Shown: positions 19,377 through 27,072, counted from the stretch's first letter. The stretch is DNA of 36,967 bases from a virus (IMGVR_UViG_3300009001_000027:1-36967); one strand, 5' to 3'. Notes: generated by a model not told the origin, from the letters alone. Numbers and translations: made by a program.

Positions 19377-20788
19377 TGGCAACATTAAAAGAAAGATTAG
19401 GCATTGGAACACATCCATATCAATATATAGGTCAAGGTATTCGTGACTTTGCAGGATTGCTTGGCGAGGGTACTGAAACCATAAAGAATCAATTAAACCA
19501 ATTACCACCTATAGAAGTTGTTCCATCGCAAACAGGATACAGACCAGATATGGTTGTTCCCAAAGGCACTCCAGTATCGCAAAAAGGAGTTGCATTTAAT
19601 GATTATGGTAATTTTCTTCTTGGCAATACAGATGTTGCCTTAAAAGATATATCACAAGGAGTTGCACCACATCCTATGGACGCTTTAGATCTAGGTGCTG
19701 GTGCTGCATCTGTATTAGGCGGTGGTGGATTACTTTTTAAAGCAGGTAAAAAAGGATTAGATGCACTTAAAAAAACCAAAAGCACACCATCAGTAGAAAG
19801 ATTGTTTGGTAAAAAAGGTGATTATGAAGTAAAGCATATGAATGGTATTACAGGTGTATATAAAGACGGTAAACCTGTTGTTACTGGCGACTATGATTAC
19901 CTAGCGGATGGTTTTTTTATGACAGATAAAGCATCTAAGCAAGATATGTTTTTTGAAAATGCTACCGATGCTATGGATTATGTTGACAATAGGATAAAGA
20001 ATTCTGTTTTTTCCAAACAAGACAATATTAACATTCCAAAGACAGAAGATGTATTAGGCAAAAATTATCATAAATATAATAATATGGAGGATATAAGTAA
20101 AAATCTTTTACCATATGAATCTGATTTAAATTACACATTGAATTCTATAGCCCCAAAAAATGCACAAGTTTACACAAGAGCAAAATTGCCAGAAAAAGTG
20201 CAATTAAAAATAGATGCAGGTAAGAATCCACAAAACATATCAGATTATGTTGGTGGTCGTATCGTTGTCGATAAAGCAGAAGATGTTATTCCTACACTAA
20301 ACAAATTAGACAAAAAATCAAACATATTATCAATAGATAATTGGTTTGATAAATATGGTCATCCAACAAATAAAGATGGTTATCGAGCTGTTCATGTGCA
20401 ATTAGGAAATACAAAAGGAACATCAGCAGAGGTTCAGATTATACCTAAAGACTTTATTGAGATAAATGATGCAGGAAAAGCAGCTTATGATAATTTAAGA
20501 CATAAATCAAAATCATTATCTACACCAGAATATTTAAAAAACAAATATGTTCAAAAATCATCTGAATTAAAAAGAGATATGATATACAACAAAATGGATA
20601 AGGAAATGAGCCCTATAGATCCATTTACTGAAGGATTAAAAAATTTCTCAGATGAAGATATGGTTAAATACGGATTAATAGGTCAAAACTCTGATGAACG
20701 AGCTAATAGAGCTAGAAACAGATTACAAACAATATTAGGAGTACCAGATCAAGATAGATTTCCCAATTACTTTGGACTTCTTTTTTAG
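19376..20788 (+). CDS. Multidomain protein with RelA/SpoT (alarmone synthetase-like) nucleotidyltransferase domain
   Basis: Ordered motifs RAKxxxKxxxK, ISDYVGGRI, DGYRAVH, EVQI at about 20171-20450. Confidence 0.8.
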   Translation: MATLKERLGIGTHPYQYIGQGIRDFAGLLGEGTETIKNQLNQLPPIEVVPSQTGYRPDMVVPKGTPVSQKGVAFNDYGNFLLGNTDVALKDISQGVAPHPMDALDLGAGAASVLGGGGLLFKAGKKGLDALKKTKSTPSVERLFGKKGDYEVKHMNGITGVYKDGKPVVTGDYDYLADGFFMTDKASKQDMFFENATDAMDYVDNRIKNSVFSKQDNINIPKTEDVLGKNYHKYNNMEDISKNLLPYESDLNYTLNSIAPKNAQVYTRAKLPEKVQLKIDAGKNPQNISDYVGGRIVVDKAEDVIPTLNKLDKKSNILSIDNWFDKYGHPTNKDGYRAVHVQLGNTKGTSAEVQIIPKDFIEINDAGKAAYDNLRHKSKSLSTPEYLKNKYVQKSSELKRDMIYNKMDKEMSPIDPFTEGLKNFSDEDMVKYGLIGQNSDERANRARNRLQTILGVPDQDRFPNYFGLLF

Positions 20789-20887
20789 GTGTATATTTTT
20801 TAAAAACCATTTTTCTAAATCCTTAAATGAAGAAAAGTCAATTTTTTTAACTTTACCAACTTTACTTCTTATATATTTTACTTTCAT
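20735..20887 (-). CDS. Small basic hypothetical protein, 50 aa (not in ORF track)
   Basis: GAAGGAGATAATA RBS before ATG; MKVKYIRSKVGKVKKIDF...; overlaps the 3' end of the RelA-domain gene. Confidence 0.5.
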   Translation of the reverse strand: MKVKYIRSKVGKVKKIDFSSFKDLEKWFLKNIHLKKKSKVIGKSILIWYS

Positions 20888-20990
20888 TATTATCTCCTTC
20901 AAAAAACACTTCTATTATTATAGTAACAATAAAGATGGGCATCCAAAAGATGCCCAACACATACAGAACAAAAAACCAATCTTCTATCAT
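20862..20990 (-). CDS. Small single-TM protein, 42 aa (not in ORF track)
   Basis: MIEDWFFVLYVLGIFWMPIFIVTIIIEVFFEG...; TAATG-coupled to the upstream ORF. Confidence 0.55.
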   Translation of the reverse strand: MIEDWFFVLYVLGIFWMPIFIVTIIIEVFFEGDNNESKIYKK

Positions 20991-21130
20991 TATTTATCGT
21001 CCTTAAACATATCGTGTAATTCCCCAATAAGTCTTTCAGTAAACTCCTCAGGTGATTCATCAGGAACTTGACCAAAATATTCTGCTAAGTCTTGATCTAA
21101 CTCTTGAAATATATCTTTTACTTTTGGCAT
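20990..21130 (-). CDS. Small acidic protein, 46 aa (not in ORF track)
   Basis: AAGGAGATAATT RBS; MPKVKDIFQELDQDLAEYFGQVPDESPEEFTERLIGELHDMFKDDK. Confidence 0.65.
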   Translation of the reverse strand: MPKVKDIFQELDQDLAEYFGQVPDESPEEFTERLIGELHDMFKDDK

Positions 21131-21140
21131 AATTATCTCC

Positions 21141-21617
21141 TTAGTCTCTGTTTTCTACTTGGTTAATTAAACGCTGATCCACATTGTACTTAGGCTGCTC
21201 TTCAGTGTCTCTTTCCCAGTCGGCTTCATACCTAGCTTGATCAAACTTGTAGAAGCTATCAGGCAACTTACTAAAGCCATAATTCTCAACCAAATAAAAC
21301 TCATCTTTGGCAAGATTAGGGCTTTTAATAACATCACCAACAGAGATACTGTGCATCGCACCAAGCATCTTAACATCAGGATTATCCCAAGCGTTGTTAC
21401 CTTTACCAAATACATCTTCTAAATCTTCTGCCCAAATATCAGCGACATGATTGTAGTCTTGGTATCTGATGTTAGCTTTAGCTAACTCTGCTTTGCTTTT
21501 AAAACCTAAGTCAATGTTTCTTCTGTGTCGACCTACTGCATCGTGACCAAACTCATTGATACGGTCATGTTCAGGTCTTGATAGGTTTACTTGATAAACT
21601 TTGAATTCTTGTTTCAT
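21141..21617 (-). CDS. YodL-like domain protein
   Basis: 'FKVYQ', 'LEDVF', 'MHSISVGDVI', 'YLVENYGFSKL' match the YodL-like pattern (HSLSVSDVV..YYVDxxGF). Confidence 0.65.
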   Translation of the reverse strand: MKQEFKVYQVNLSRPEHDRINEFGHDAVGRHRRNIDLGFKSKAELAKANIRYQDYNHVADIWAEDLEDVFGKGNNAWDNPDVKMLGAMHSISVGDVIKSPNLAKDEFYLVENYGFSKLPDSFYKFDQARYEADWERDTEEQPKYNVDQRLINQVENRD

Positions 21618-21687
21618 TTTTTTCTCCTTAATTAATTATCACCACATAAGTATTATCTGACATATCAAATAACTTGTCAAGCATTTT
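21618..21687 (-). promoter_or_regulatory. Repeated sigma70 promoter + RBS, copy 1
   Basis: AAAATGC-TTGACA(21680-21675)-17 bp-GATAAT-ACTTATGTGGTGATAATTAATTAAGGAGAAA. Confidence 0.85.
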
Positions 21688-21750
21688 ATAATAATAATAT
21701 TAAAAAAATTCCACCTATTGCAACTAAACATATTTCGTTAAAATCCATGT

Positions 21751-21900
21751 TTATTCCTCCGCAAATATCACCTTATTGTTTGGAAACATTTTATAGCGTT
21801 TACCTGTAATATGATTTTCAACTTCAACTCTTATACTTCCATCACCTTCTTTAAAAAACTGTAGATCTAACCACATACCATCAATCGCTATTTTTTTCAT
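21751..21900 (-). CDS. Hypothetical protein, ~49 aa
   Basis: MKKIAIDGMWLDL...; start moved downstream of the ORF-track start because another ORF occupies 21881-22021. Confidence 0.5.
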   Translation of the reverse strand: MKKIAIDGMWLDLQFFKEGDGSIRVEVENHITGKRYKMFPNNKVIFAEE

Positions 21901-22021
21901 TTCCATTCTTACAAATCCCATGTGCTGACAAGTCTCTACCACACCACCATTTTTGCTTGTCATAAGTGTTTGCAGGTTTTTTACATTTGTGGCACACCTG
22001 CCCTCCAAGTTTAATCTTCAT
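21881..22021 (-). CDS. Small Zn-finger protein, 46 aa (not in ORF track)
   Basis: MKIKLGGQVCHKCKKPANTYDKQKWWCGRDLSAHGICK...; CxxC plus further Cys/His. Confidence 0.55.
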   Translation of the reverse strand: MKIKLGGQVCHKCKKPANTYDKQKWWCGRDLSAHGICKNGNEKNSD

Positions 22022-22331
22022 CATGCAGTGGGTCTTCTATCCACTCACTAGGCATAACAGGACTAGCTACTTCTTCAGCAATAATTTCATCGTAAATTTT
22101 TTCTTCTTCATCTAAATACCATCTTTGTTTACGACATTCTTCTTTGCATTGCTTAGCCCATGCTAATCGATCTGACTTTGTAACATTTTTATAACCTCTT
22201 CTATGAGAATATTTTGTTTGATTACCTTTGCAATATCCTATAGTTTCTTCTTGAGTTTGCTTTGCTTTTATTACATCAAATGTTTCTATACCACCTTTTT
22301 TATAGTGGTCTGGATTAATTGGATCGCTCAT
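22011..22331 (-). CDS. DUF3310 (T7 gp1.7/SaV-like) protein
   Basis: 'DPINPDHYKKGGIETFDVI..GYCKGNQTKY..RRGYK'. Confidence 0.8.
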   Translation of the reverse strand: MSDPINPDHYKKGGIETFDVIKAKQTQEETIGYCKGNQTKYSHRRGYKNVTKSDRLAWAKQCKEECRKQRWYLDEEEKIYDEIIAEEVASPVMPSEWIEDPLHDED

Positions 22332-22558
22332 TTTATTACCTCTTTATCTACAATAATTAAATCTTCAAAGACCTCACACTTTGTGTCTTTGACCTGTAAG
22401 TAGATGCTCTCTATATCCATCGACTTAATTAATTTGCCATCATGACAAATAAACTCTGGTCTTGGTTGCTCTTTTATTAAATCATAATGCACATAAATTC
22501 CTAGTGCAAGAAATAAGAATAAAAAGCATACGAAAATTTTAATACATTTCATTAGCAT
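22328..22558 (-). CDS. Hypothetical membrane-anchored protein
   Basis: N-terminal TM (IFVCFLFLFLALGIYV); GGAG RBS; ATGA overlap with the next gene. Confidence 0.6.
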   Translation of the reverse strand: MLMKCIKIFVCFLFLFLALGIYVHYDLIKEQPRPEFICHDGKLIKSMDIESIYLQVKDTKCEVFEDLIIVDKEVIK

Positions 22559-22595
22559 ATTCTAATTCTCCATTTTTTTTCTTACGCAGTACAAT

Positions 22596-22628
22596 TGGTA
22601 TAATCTTATTAAATCTAGATGAAAGGAG
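22596..22628 (+). promoter_or_regulatory. Extended -10 promoter and RBS for pqqA
   Basis: TGGTATAAT at 22596-22604; GAAAGGAG at 22621-22628, 7 nt before the ATG. Confidence 0.65.
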
Positions 22629-22635
22629 ACCAGCT

Positions 22636-22707
22636 ATGTGGACAACACCATCAGCAACTGAAATGCGTTTCGGTTTTGAAGTAACAATGTACATTTGCAA
22701 CAAGTAA
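22636..22707 (+). CDS. pqqA: Pyrroloquinoline quinone precursor peptide PqqA, 23 aa (not in ORF track)
   Basis: MWTTPSATEMRFGFEVTMYICNK: MWxxP N-terminus, RFGFEVTMY with the E-x3-Y pair; strong RBS and downstream terminator. Confidence 0.95.
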   Translation: MWTTPSATEMRFGFEVTMYICNK

Positions 22708-22712
22708 TTGTT

Positions 22713-22745
22713 AAAAAAATGGGGAGCTATAAACTCCCCTTTTTT
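22713..22745. terminator. Bidirectional intrinsic terminator
   Basis: A7-T-GGGGAG-ctataaa-CTCCCC-T6, between convergent pqqA and the SSB-like gene. Confidence 0.8.
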
Positions 22746-22746
22746 A

Positions 22747-23022
22747 TTAAAACGGAACATCTTCTTCAAGCTCTGCCTGAGCCGGAACAGATCCAGCATC
22801 TGTATACATAACTCTTACATTACCAAGAATAGGTGTTTGCACACCGTTAGTTCTCTCTTCTTTAGTAACACTTTGACTAATGAATCCATTATTATCGTAT
22901 TTATCTTTATTATCAATATCTACAAATGTAGTCAGGTTTAGGTAATTACCTTTTTCACCTTTATACAATCTGCTTTTATCAATCTTAGATACATCAATAC
23001 TAATATTTAATCCTACTTTCAT
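22747..23022 (-). CDS. Putative single-stranded DNA-binding protein
   Basis: 'ISIDVSKIDK..GEKGNYL..PILGN', acidic 'EEDVPF' tail; follows the exonuclease and annealing genes. Confidence 0.6.
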   Translation of the reverse strand: MKVGLNISIDVSKIDKSRLYKGEKGNYLNLTTFVDIDNKDKYDNNGFISQSVTKEERTNGVQTPILGNVRVMYTDAGSVPAQAELEEDVPF

Positions 23023-23579
23023 ATTATCTCCTTATTATAAATAGGTTTCCTCTTGTATCGAGGAGGTTCAACATCATCTTTTACAAACTGGACAAACTCT
23101 TCCGCCTTCGGTATGAACCAGTCTATAAACTTTTCATCATATAACACCAACTCTTTTGAAGTTTCATGCGGTGTCCATATGTAAAACCAGCACGCTTCAG
23201 CATCAACTACATACATTTGTACCTGCATTTGAAATCTATAGCGTTCTGGAATTTCTGGATATATTTTTTGGGTAAATGGACATTTAATCTCTACAGGTAT
23301 ATCACCTAAGTAACCATCTGGTGAAGCTCCAATAGGTTTATTAGGATGTACAATAAGCTTATTACCTGCACGACAAATACCATTCATTTCATCTTCAAAC
23401 GCTGCAAGAGCTATAGGCTCATTGTCGTTCCCCCATTCGGTCATCTCATTGCCTTTAAAAGGTTCTGCACGACCAGTCTTTTCCCTGTATAACTTTTGTC
23501 TTTCATAGACTGCTGACCATGCTTGGCTAGCAGTCACGATTGAGTTACGAAGTTTTGTATTACTTAGATGCGAGGTCAT
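23019..23579 (-). CDS. YqaJ / lambda-exonuclease-like recombination nuclease
   Basis: 'TAS', 'WGNDNEP', 'GASPDG', 'EIKCP', 'QMQVQM'. Confidence 0.9.
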   Translation of the reverse strand: MTSHLSNTKLRNSIVTASQAWSAVYERQKLYREKTGRAEPFKGNEMTEWGNDNEPIALAAFEDEMNGICRAGNKLIVHPNKPIGASPDGYLGDIPVEIKCPFTQKIYPEIPERYRFQMQVQMYVVDAEACWFYIWTPHETSKELVLYDEKFIDWFIPKAEEFVQFVKDDVEPPRYKRKPIYNKEII

Positions 23580-24105
23580 CAGTATATTCTCTTATTTGAT
23601 CTCTAACGATTGCACTTAAACTTTTCCAGTAAGCTACTTTATCTTTTTCATCTAAATTTTTTGCTGCATTTACATAAACCTCTATTTCCTCTTTTGAGAG
23701 TCTTTTTGTTTGAGGTTTTGGTTCAGGTTTTGTATGCTCAATCTCATCTTCTGAGTAAATAAACCCATGTAATCCTAAAAGTTTAAGAACTGCTCTATCT
23801 ACTGCACGCTTTTCTGCCATTGCATATGGGTATGCGTTCTTATTGTTTTTAGGACTAGCTTCACCATATGTTGTTACGGTGTTATCTTTTAATGAACCAA
23901 CACATTTAATTACTACAATACCTTCTTTAGAATTTGTTTCTATTTCTGATAATTCATATTTGATATTGTTTTGTGCTGCGGCTATTTCAATAAATCTATG
24001 GTACATAACCCAAGTACCATGACAATCCCACAAACATTCTTGCCAGTCGAAGCCCTGCTTTTGCAGGACTTCCTTTACTCTATCATCAATTTTTTTCTTA
24101 GCCAT
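23560..24105 (-). CDS. Putative single-strand annealing protein (Sak/Rad52/ERF-like)
   Basis: 'TYGEA..YPYAMAEKRAVDRAVLKLLG..YSEDE'; adjacent to the exonuclease. Confidence 0.6.
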   Translation of the reverse strand: MAKKKIDDRVKEVLQKQGFDWQECLWDCHGTWVMYHRFIEIAAAQNNIKYELSEIETNSKEGIVVIKCVGSLKDNTVTTYGEASPKNNKNAYPYAMAEKRAVDRAVLKLLGLHGFIYSEDEIEHTKPEPKPQTKRLSKEEIEVYVNAAKNLDEKDKVAYWKSLSAIVRDQIREYTDDLASK

Positions 24106-24274
24106 TCTCTTTCTCCTGCTGTTGTTGCAATATGTAATTATGCAACTCTTGTAAATCTTCTTTAATACCAGCTATTGCATTTGCTTGTATTTCGTTTTGC
24201 TCAAGAATAGCATTGGTTACACTATGTAACTCGAATTGTAGTGACTCCATGTATTGATCTTTAGATGCGCTCAT
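24098..24274 (-). CDS. Small coiled-coil protein, 58 aa (not in ORF track)
   Basis: MSASKDQYMESLQFELH...; GGAGG RBS, TAATG-coupled, fills the gap. Confidence 0.6.
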   Translation of the reverse strand: MSASKDQYMESLQFELHSVTNAILEQNEIQANAIAGIKEDLQELHNYILQQQQEKENG

Positions 24275-24531
24275 TAGACTGCCTCCTTTACTGCTTGATC
24301 TTTAAGAAATTCTACATCGTCTTCATTAAGGTCATTAAGAACACTCTGTCCATTTTCAAATGGTGTTACATCACGAGCATCACTAACCTCAACATCTAAA
24401 ATATCTACAATAACTTCTGTAGGGTATCCTACAACTTTTTCTTCTCGGACATTTGCTGATACTACAAAATTAACATCAAAGCTACGATACTTATCTTCAA
24501 ATGTTAGTTCTTGATTAAATTGTACTTCCAT
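24274..24531 (-). CDS. Acidic hypothetical protein, first gene of leftward operon
   Basis: AAGGAGATAAT RBS before ATG 24531 (MEVQFNQ...). Confidence 0.65.
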   Translation of the reverse strand: MEVQFNQELTFEDKYRSFDVNFVVSANVREEKVVGYPTEVIVDILDVEVSDARDVTPFENGQSVLNDLNEDDVEFLKDQAVKEAV

Positions 24532-24565
24532 AATTATTATCTCCTTATTTATTAACTTCAATAAA

Positions 24566-24594
24566 ACTATATAACAAAAAAATTGTATTTGCAA
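24566..24594 (-). promoter_or_regulatory. Leftward early promoter (pL-like)
   Basis: TTGCAA-17 bp-TATAGT; the -35 lies in the palindrome TATTTGCAAATA (24586-24597). Confidence 0.7.
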
Positions 24595-24611
24595 ATATTT
24601 TTTCAAATTAC

Positions 24612-24640
24612 TTGCAATCTATTTTGTAACCGATTAGAAT
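24612..24640 (+). promoter_or_regulatory. Rightward early promoter (pR-like)
   Basis: TTGCAA-17 bp-TAGAAT upstream of the cro-like gene. Confidence 0.7.
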
Positions 24641-24718
24641 CATAAATAATCTGACTACATCCTCTAAACGCATGAGCGAGAAAAATGTCAGGGCAAATTA
24701 ACAAAAAAAGGAAAAAAT

Positions 24719-24883
24719 ATGACATACAATGAAGCAATAGAAAAATTTGGTGGCAGTCGTAGACAGTTAGCTAGGGCTTTAGATATATCTACACAAGCTG
24801 TAGCACACTGGGCAAAAAATCCAGACAAAAATATTCCAGACTATCGAGCTATACAGATTAAATATGTTCTTGAACAGGTTTAG
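24719..24883 (+). CDS. Cro-like HTH protein, 54 aa (not in ORF track)
   Basis: MTYNEAIEKFGGSRRQLARALDISTQAVAHW..IPDYRAIQI, a P22/N15 Cro-type pattern. Confidence 0.85.
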   Translation: MTYNEAIEKFGGSRRQLARALDISTQAVAHWAKNPDKNIPDYRAIQIKYVLEQV

Positions 24884-25028
24884 TCATAAAGTTGTAGATC
24901 AGGAAGGTTTTGCAATCATGCAATTCACATCGTATGAAGATGCAAAATGGTTTGTAAGAAATAAACCTGATTACAAAGTAAAAAAGATTAAGTTTGATTT
25001 ATCACAAATGGAGGAGTGTTTATTTTGA
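24864..25028 (+). CDS. Small hypothetical protein, 54 aa (not in ORF track)
   Basis: MFLNRFSHKVVDQEG...EECLF; bridges cro and the initiator gene. Confidence 0.55.
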   Translation: MFLNRFSHKVVDQEGFAIMQFTSYEDAKWFVRNKPDYKVKKIKFDLSQMEECLF

Positions 25029-25660
25029 GAATAAGAAATTGGGACAAATTCCAACACTATAAGCCTATGCACAGTAAATACAAAAAACAAATGACATGGT
25101 TGAAACTGTATGGTGGAGACATATTAAATGACATTGATTGGTTTGAACTATCCGATACCAATAAAGCAATATATATTGAGTTGTTATGTTTAGCTAGTCA
25201 GAATCATGGAAATCTACCTGATATAAAGACTATTGCATTTAGACTAAGACGGTCAAAAGACCAGTTACAAAAGGCTTTGGACGATTTAGTGCATTGGATA
25301 GAAGATGGTATATACTCTGTATATACAATGCCTATACCAGAAGAAGAAAAAGAAGAAGAAAAGAATAAGAAGTCTGTAAAGAAATATGATTATTCTCTTT
25401 TTGATAAATTCTGGGAAGAAATTATTCCTAGTGTTAGGAAATATGGAAAGCAGAATTGTAAAGATAAATGGAAGTCACATGATCTAAACAAGGAAGCTGA
25501 AAAGATTTTTTCTTGGTATGAACAAATGGGACAGACTGAGGAATGGAAAAAGGGAATGATTCCTGCACCAGAGGTTGTAATAAATCAAAGAAGGTGGGAA
25601 GCAGAAGTTCCAAAAACAAAACAAGGGAAGGTTAGATATGATTGGGAGGGTGCTAAATGA
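25025..25660 (+). CDS. Replication initiator-like protein
   Basis: 'RIRNWDKFQHYK..WLKLY', charged linker, 'FDKFWE..INQRRWE'; precedes the helicase. TTG start chosen from GGAGGAG spacing. Confidence 0.65.
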   Translation: MRIRNWDKFQHYKPMHSKYKKQMTWLKLYGGDILNDIDWFELSDTNKAIYIELLCLASQNHGNLPDIKTIAFRLRRSKDQLQKALDDLVHWIEDGIYSVYTMPIPEEEKEEEKNKKSVKKYDYSLFDKFWEEIIPSVRKYGKQNCKDKWKSHDLNKEAEKIFSWYEQMGQTEEWKKGMIPAPEVVINQRRWEAEVPKTKQGKVRYDWEGAK

Positions 25661-26592
25661 TAAATCCAACTGCTGGAGAAATAATAGATCAGTTGACTAT
25701 AACAAAAGAGCAAGTACATGGATATGAAAGTGAATATGTAGAAGATTTTTTAATTAAAGATACATCTAGCTTTGCTGATGCTGTAGTAGATTATTACTAC
25801 AAAGAAATGAACTCTGGTAAAAGTTTAGGTCTTCCAAAAATGAATGAAGGTTTTGTGGCAAGACCAGCCGAGCTGACATTAGTAACCGGAATATCTTCAC
25901 ATGGAAAAACTCAGATGTTAATGCAATGGGTAAATCACTTATCTAAAGACTCAAAATGTTTAGTCATGTCTATGGAGATGAGACCTGAGATTACTTTGGC
26001 AAGGCTCACAAAAATTGCTCTTGGTCGAAACTCCACAGGATCACCTCCAACTGAAAAATTTATAAGAGAATATTGTGAAGAAAAAAAAGAACAGATTTAC
26101 ATTTATGACCAGCAACAAGAGACGACATCTGAAGATATTTTTGCAAGTTTAATCTACGCAAAAGAAGTGCTTGGGTGTCAGTATGCGGTCGTAGATAGTT
26201 TAATGACGGTTGCAGATGTGGGTGAGTCAGACAACGGATACAATGAGCAGAAAAAATTTATTAATAAATTATCTGTTTTATGTAAGGCATTAAACATACA
26301 TATTTTTTTAGTGGCTCACTTACGAAAAGTTTCAGATGAGTTACAAGCGCCAGATGCTCAGGCTATTTATGGATCATCAAACATTAGAAATTTATGTGAT
26401 TCCATACTCATGATATACCGCAACAAGTTGAAAGAAAAATGGGCAATGGACGGAGAAAAGACCGAAGAAGAATTACGGTCAATACCAGATGCTATGGTTT
26501 ATATTCAGAAGCAAAGAAATTTTCCATTTGAAGGAAAGTTTGGTTTTTACTTTAATAAAAATAGTTTAAGTTATCAGGAGGTTCCAGCATGA
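25657..26592 (+). CDS. DnaB-like (SF4) replicative helicase
   Basis: Walker A GISSHGKT, 'SMEM', 'VVDSL', 'LVAHLRK', 'GSSNI', 'KQR'. Confidence 0.9.
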   Translation: MINPTAGEIIDQLTITKEQVHGYESEYVEDFLIKDTSSFADAVVDYYYKEMNSGKSLGLPKMNEGFVARPAELTLVTGISSHGKTQMLMQWVNHLSKDSKCLVMSMEMRPEITLARLTKIALGRNSTGSPPTEKFIREYCEEKKEQIYIYDQQQETTSEDIFASLIYAKEVLGCQYAVVDSLMTVADVGESDNGYNEQKKFINKLSVLCKALNIHIFLVAHLRKVSDELQAPDAQAIYGSSNIRNLCDSILMIYRNKLKEKWAMDGEKTEEELRSIPDAMVYIQKQRNFPFEGKFGFYFNKNSLSYQEVPA

Positions 26593-26732
26593 TGAGTGTG
26601 AATGAATTTATAAAAATTTTAAAAAAATCTTTTCCAAATTCGGAATACAAGGCTAGATCTAAAGATGGTATAGTATTTAAATCGAAAGGATGGACAGACG
26701 ATGAGATACAGTCTAACAAAACACAATCTTAA
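26589..26732 (+). CDS. Small hypothetical protein, 47 aa (not in ORF track)
   Basis: ATGA overlap with helicase stop, AGGAG RBS; MMSVNEFIKILKKSFP... Confidence 0.55.
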   Translation: MMSVNEFIKILKKSFPNSEYKARSKDGIVFKSKGWTDDEIQSNKTQS

Positions 26733-27072
26733 TAGTCTGATCCAGAAGCTGAAAAATTTGGATTTTACTAAGATGTGGAAGATTGAAATTAAAGAGGGAA
26801 AGTATAGTCGGTCAGTAGATCAGAATAAGTATCTTTGGCATATTTATAGAATATTAGGAGACCATTTAGGCTATGAACCTGAGGAGCTTCACGAGCTATT
26901 AACCTACCGATACCTCAGAGAGGAAAAGGAAATTAAAAACGAAAAGGTTATTGTGATAGCGAGAACATCAACTCTAAATACTGAAGAGTTTAATGAATAC
27001 ATAAGACAGGTTAAGTTCTTTGCTTACGAGTATGGTTGTAAATTACCAGACATGAAAGATGTATCGCTATGA
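26701..27072 (+). CDS. NinB-like recombination protein
   Basis: 'RSVDQNKYLW', 'RTSTLNTEEFNEYI'. Confidence 0.75.
   Translation: MRYSLTKHNLNSLIQKLKNLDFTKMWKIEIKEGKYSRSVDQNKYLWHIYRILGDHLGYEPEELHELLTYRYLREEKEIKNEKVIVIARTSTLNTEEFNEYIRQVKFFAYEYGCKLPDMKDVSL

Noticed and set aside
20772-21071. Track ORF 20772-21071 (+)
   Set aside because: Antisense to three small minus-strand ORFs that have clear RBS or coupling.
22539-22941. Track ORFs 22539-22799 (-) and 22708-22941 (+)
   Set aside because: They run across the pqqA cassette terminator and the SSB-like gene; pqqA explains the region better.
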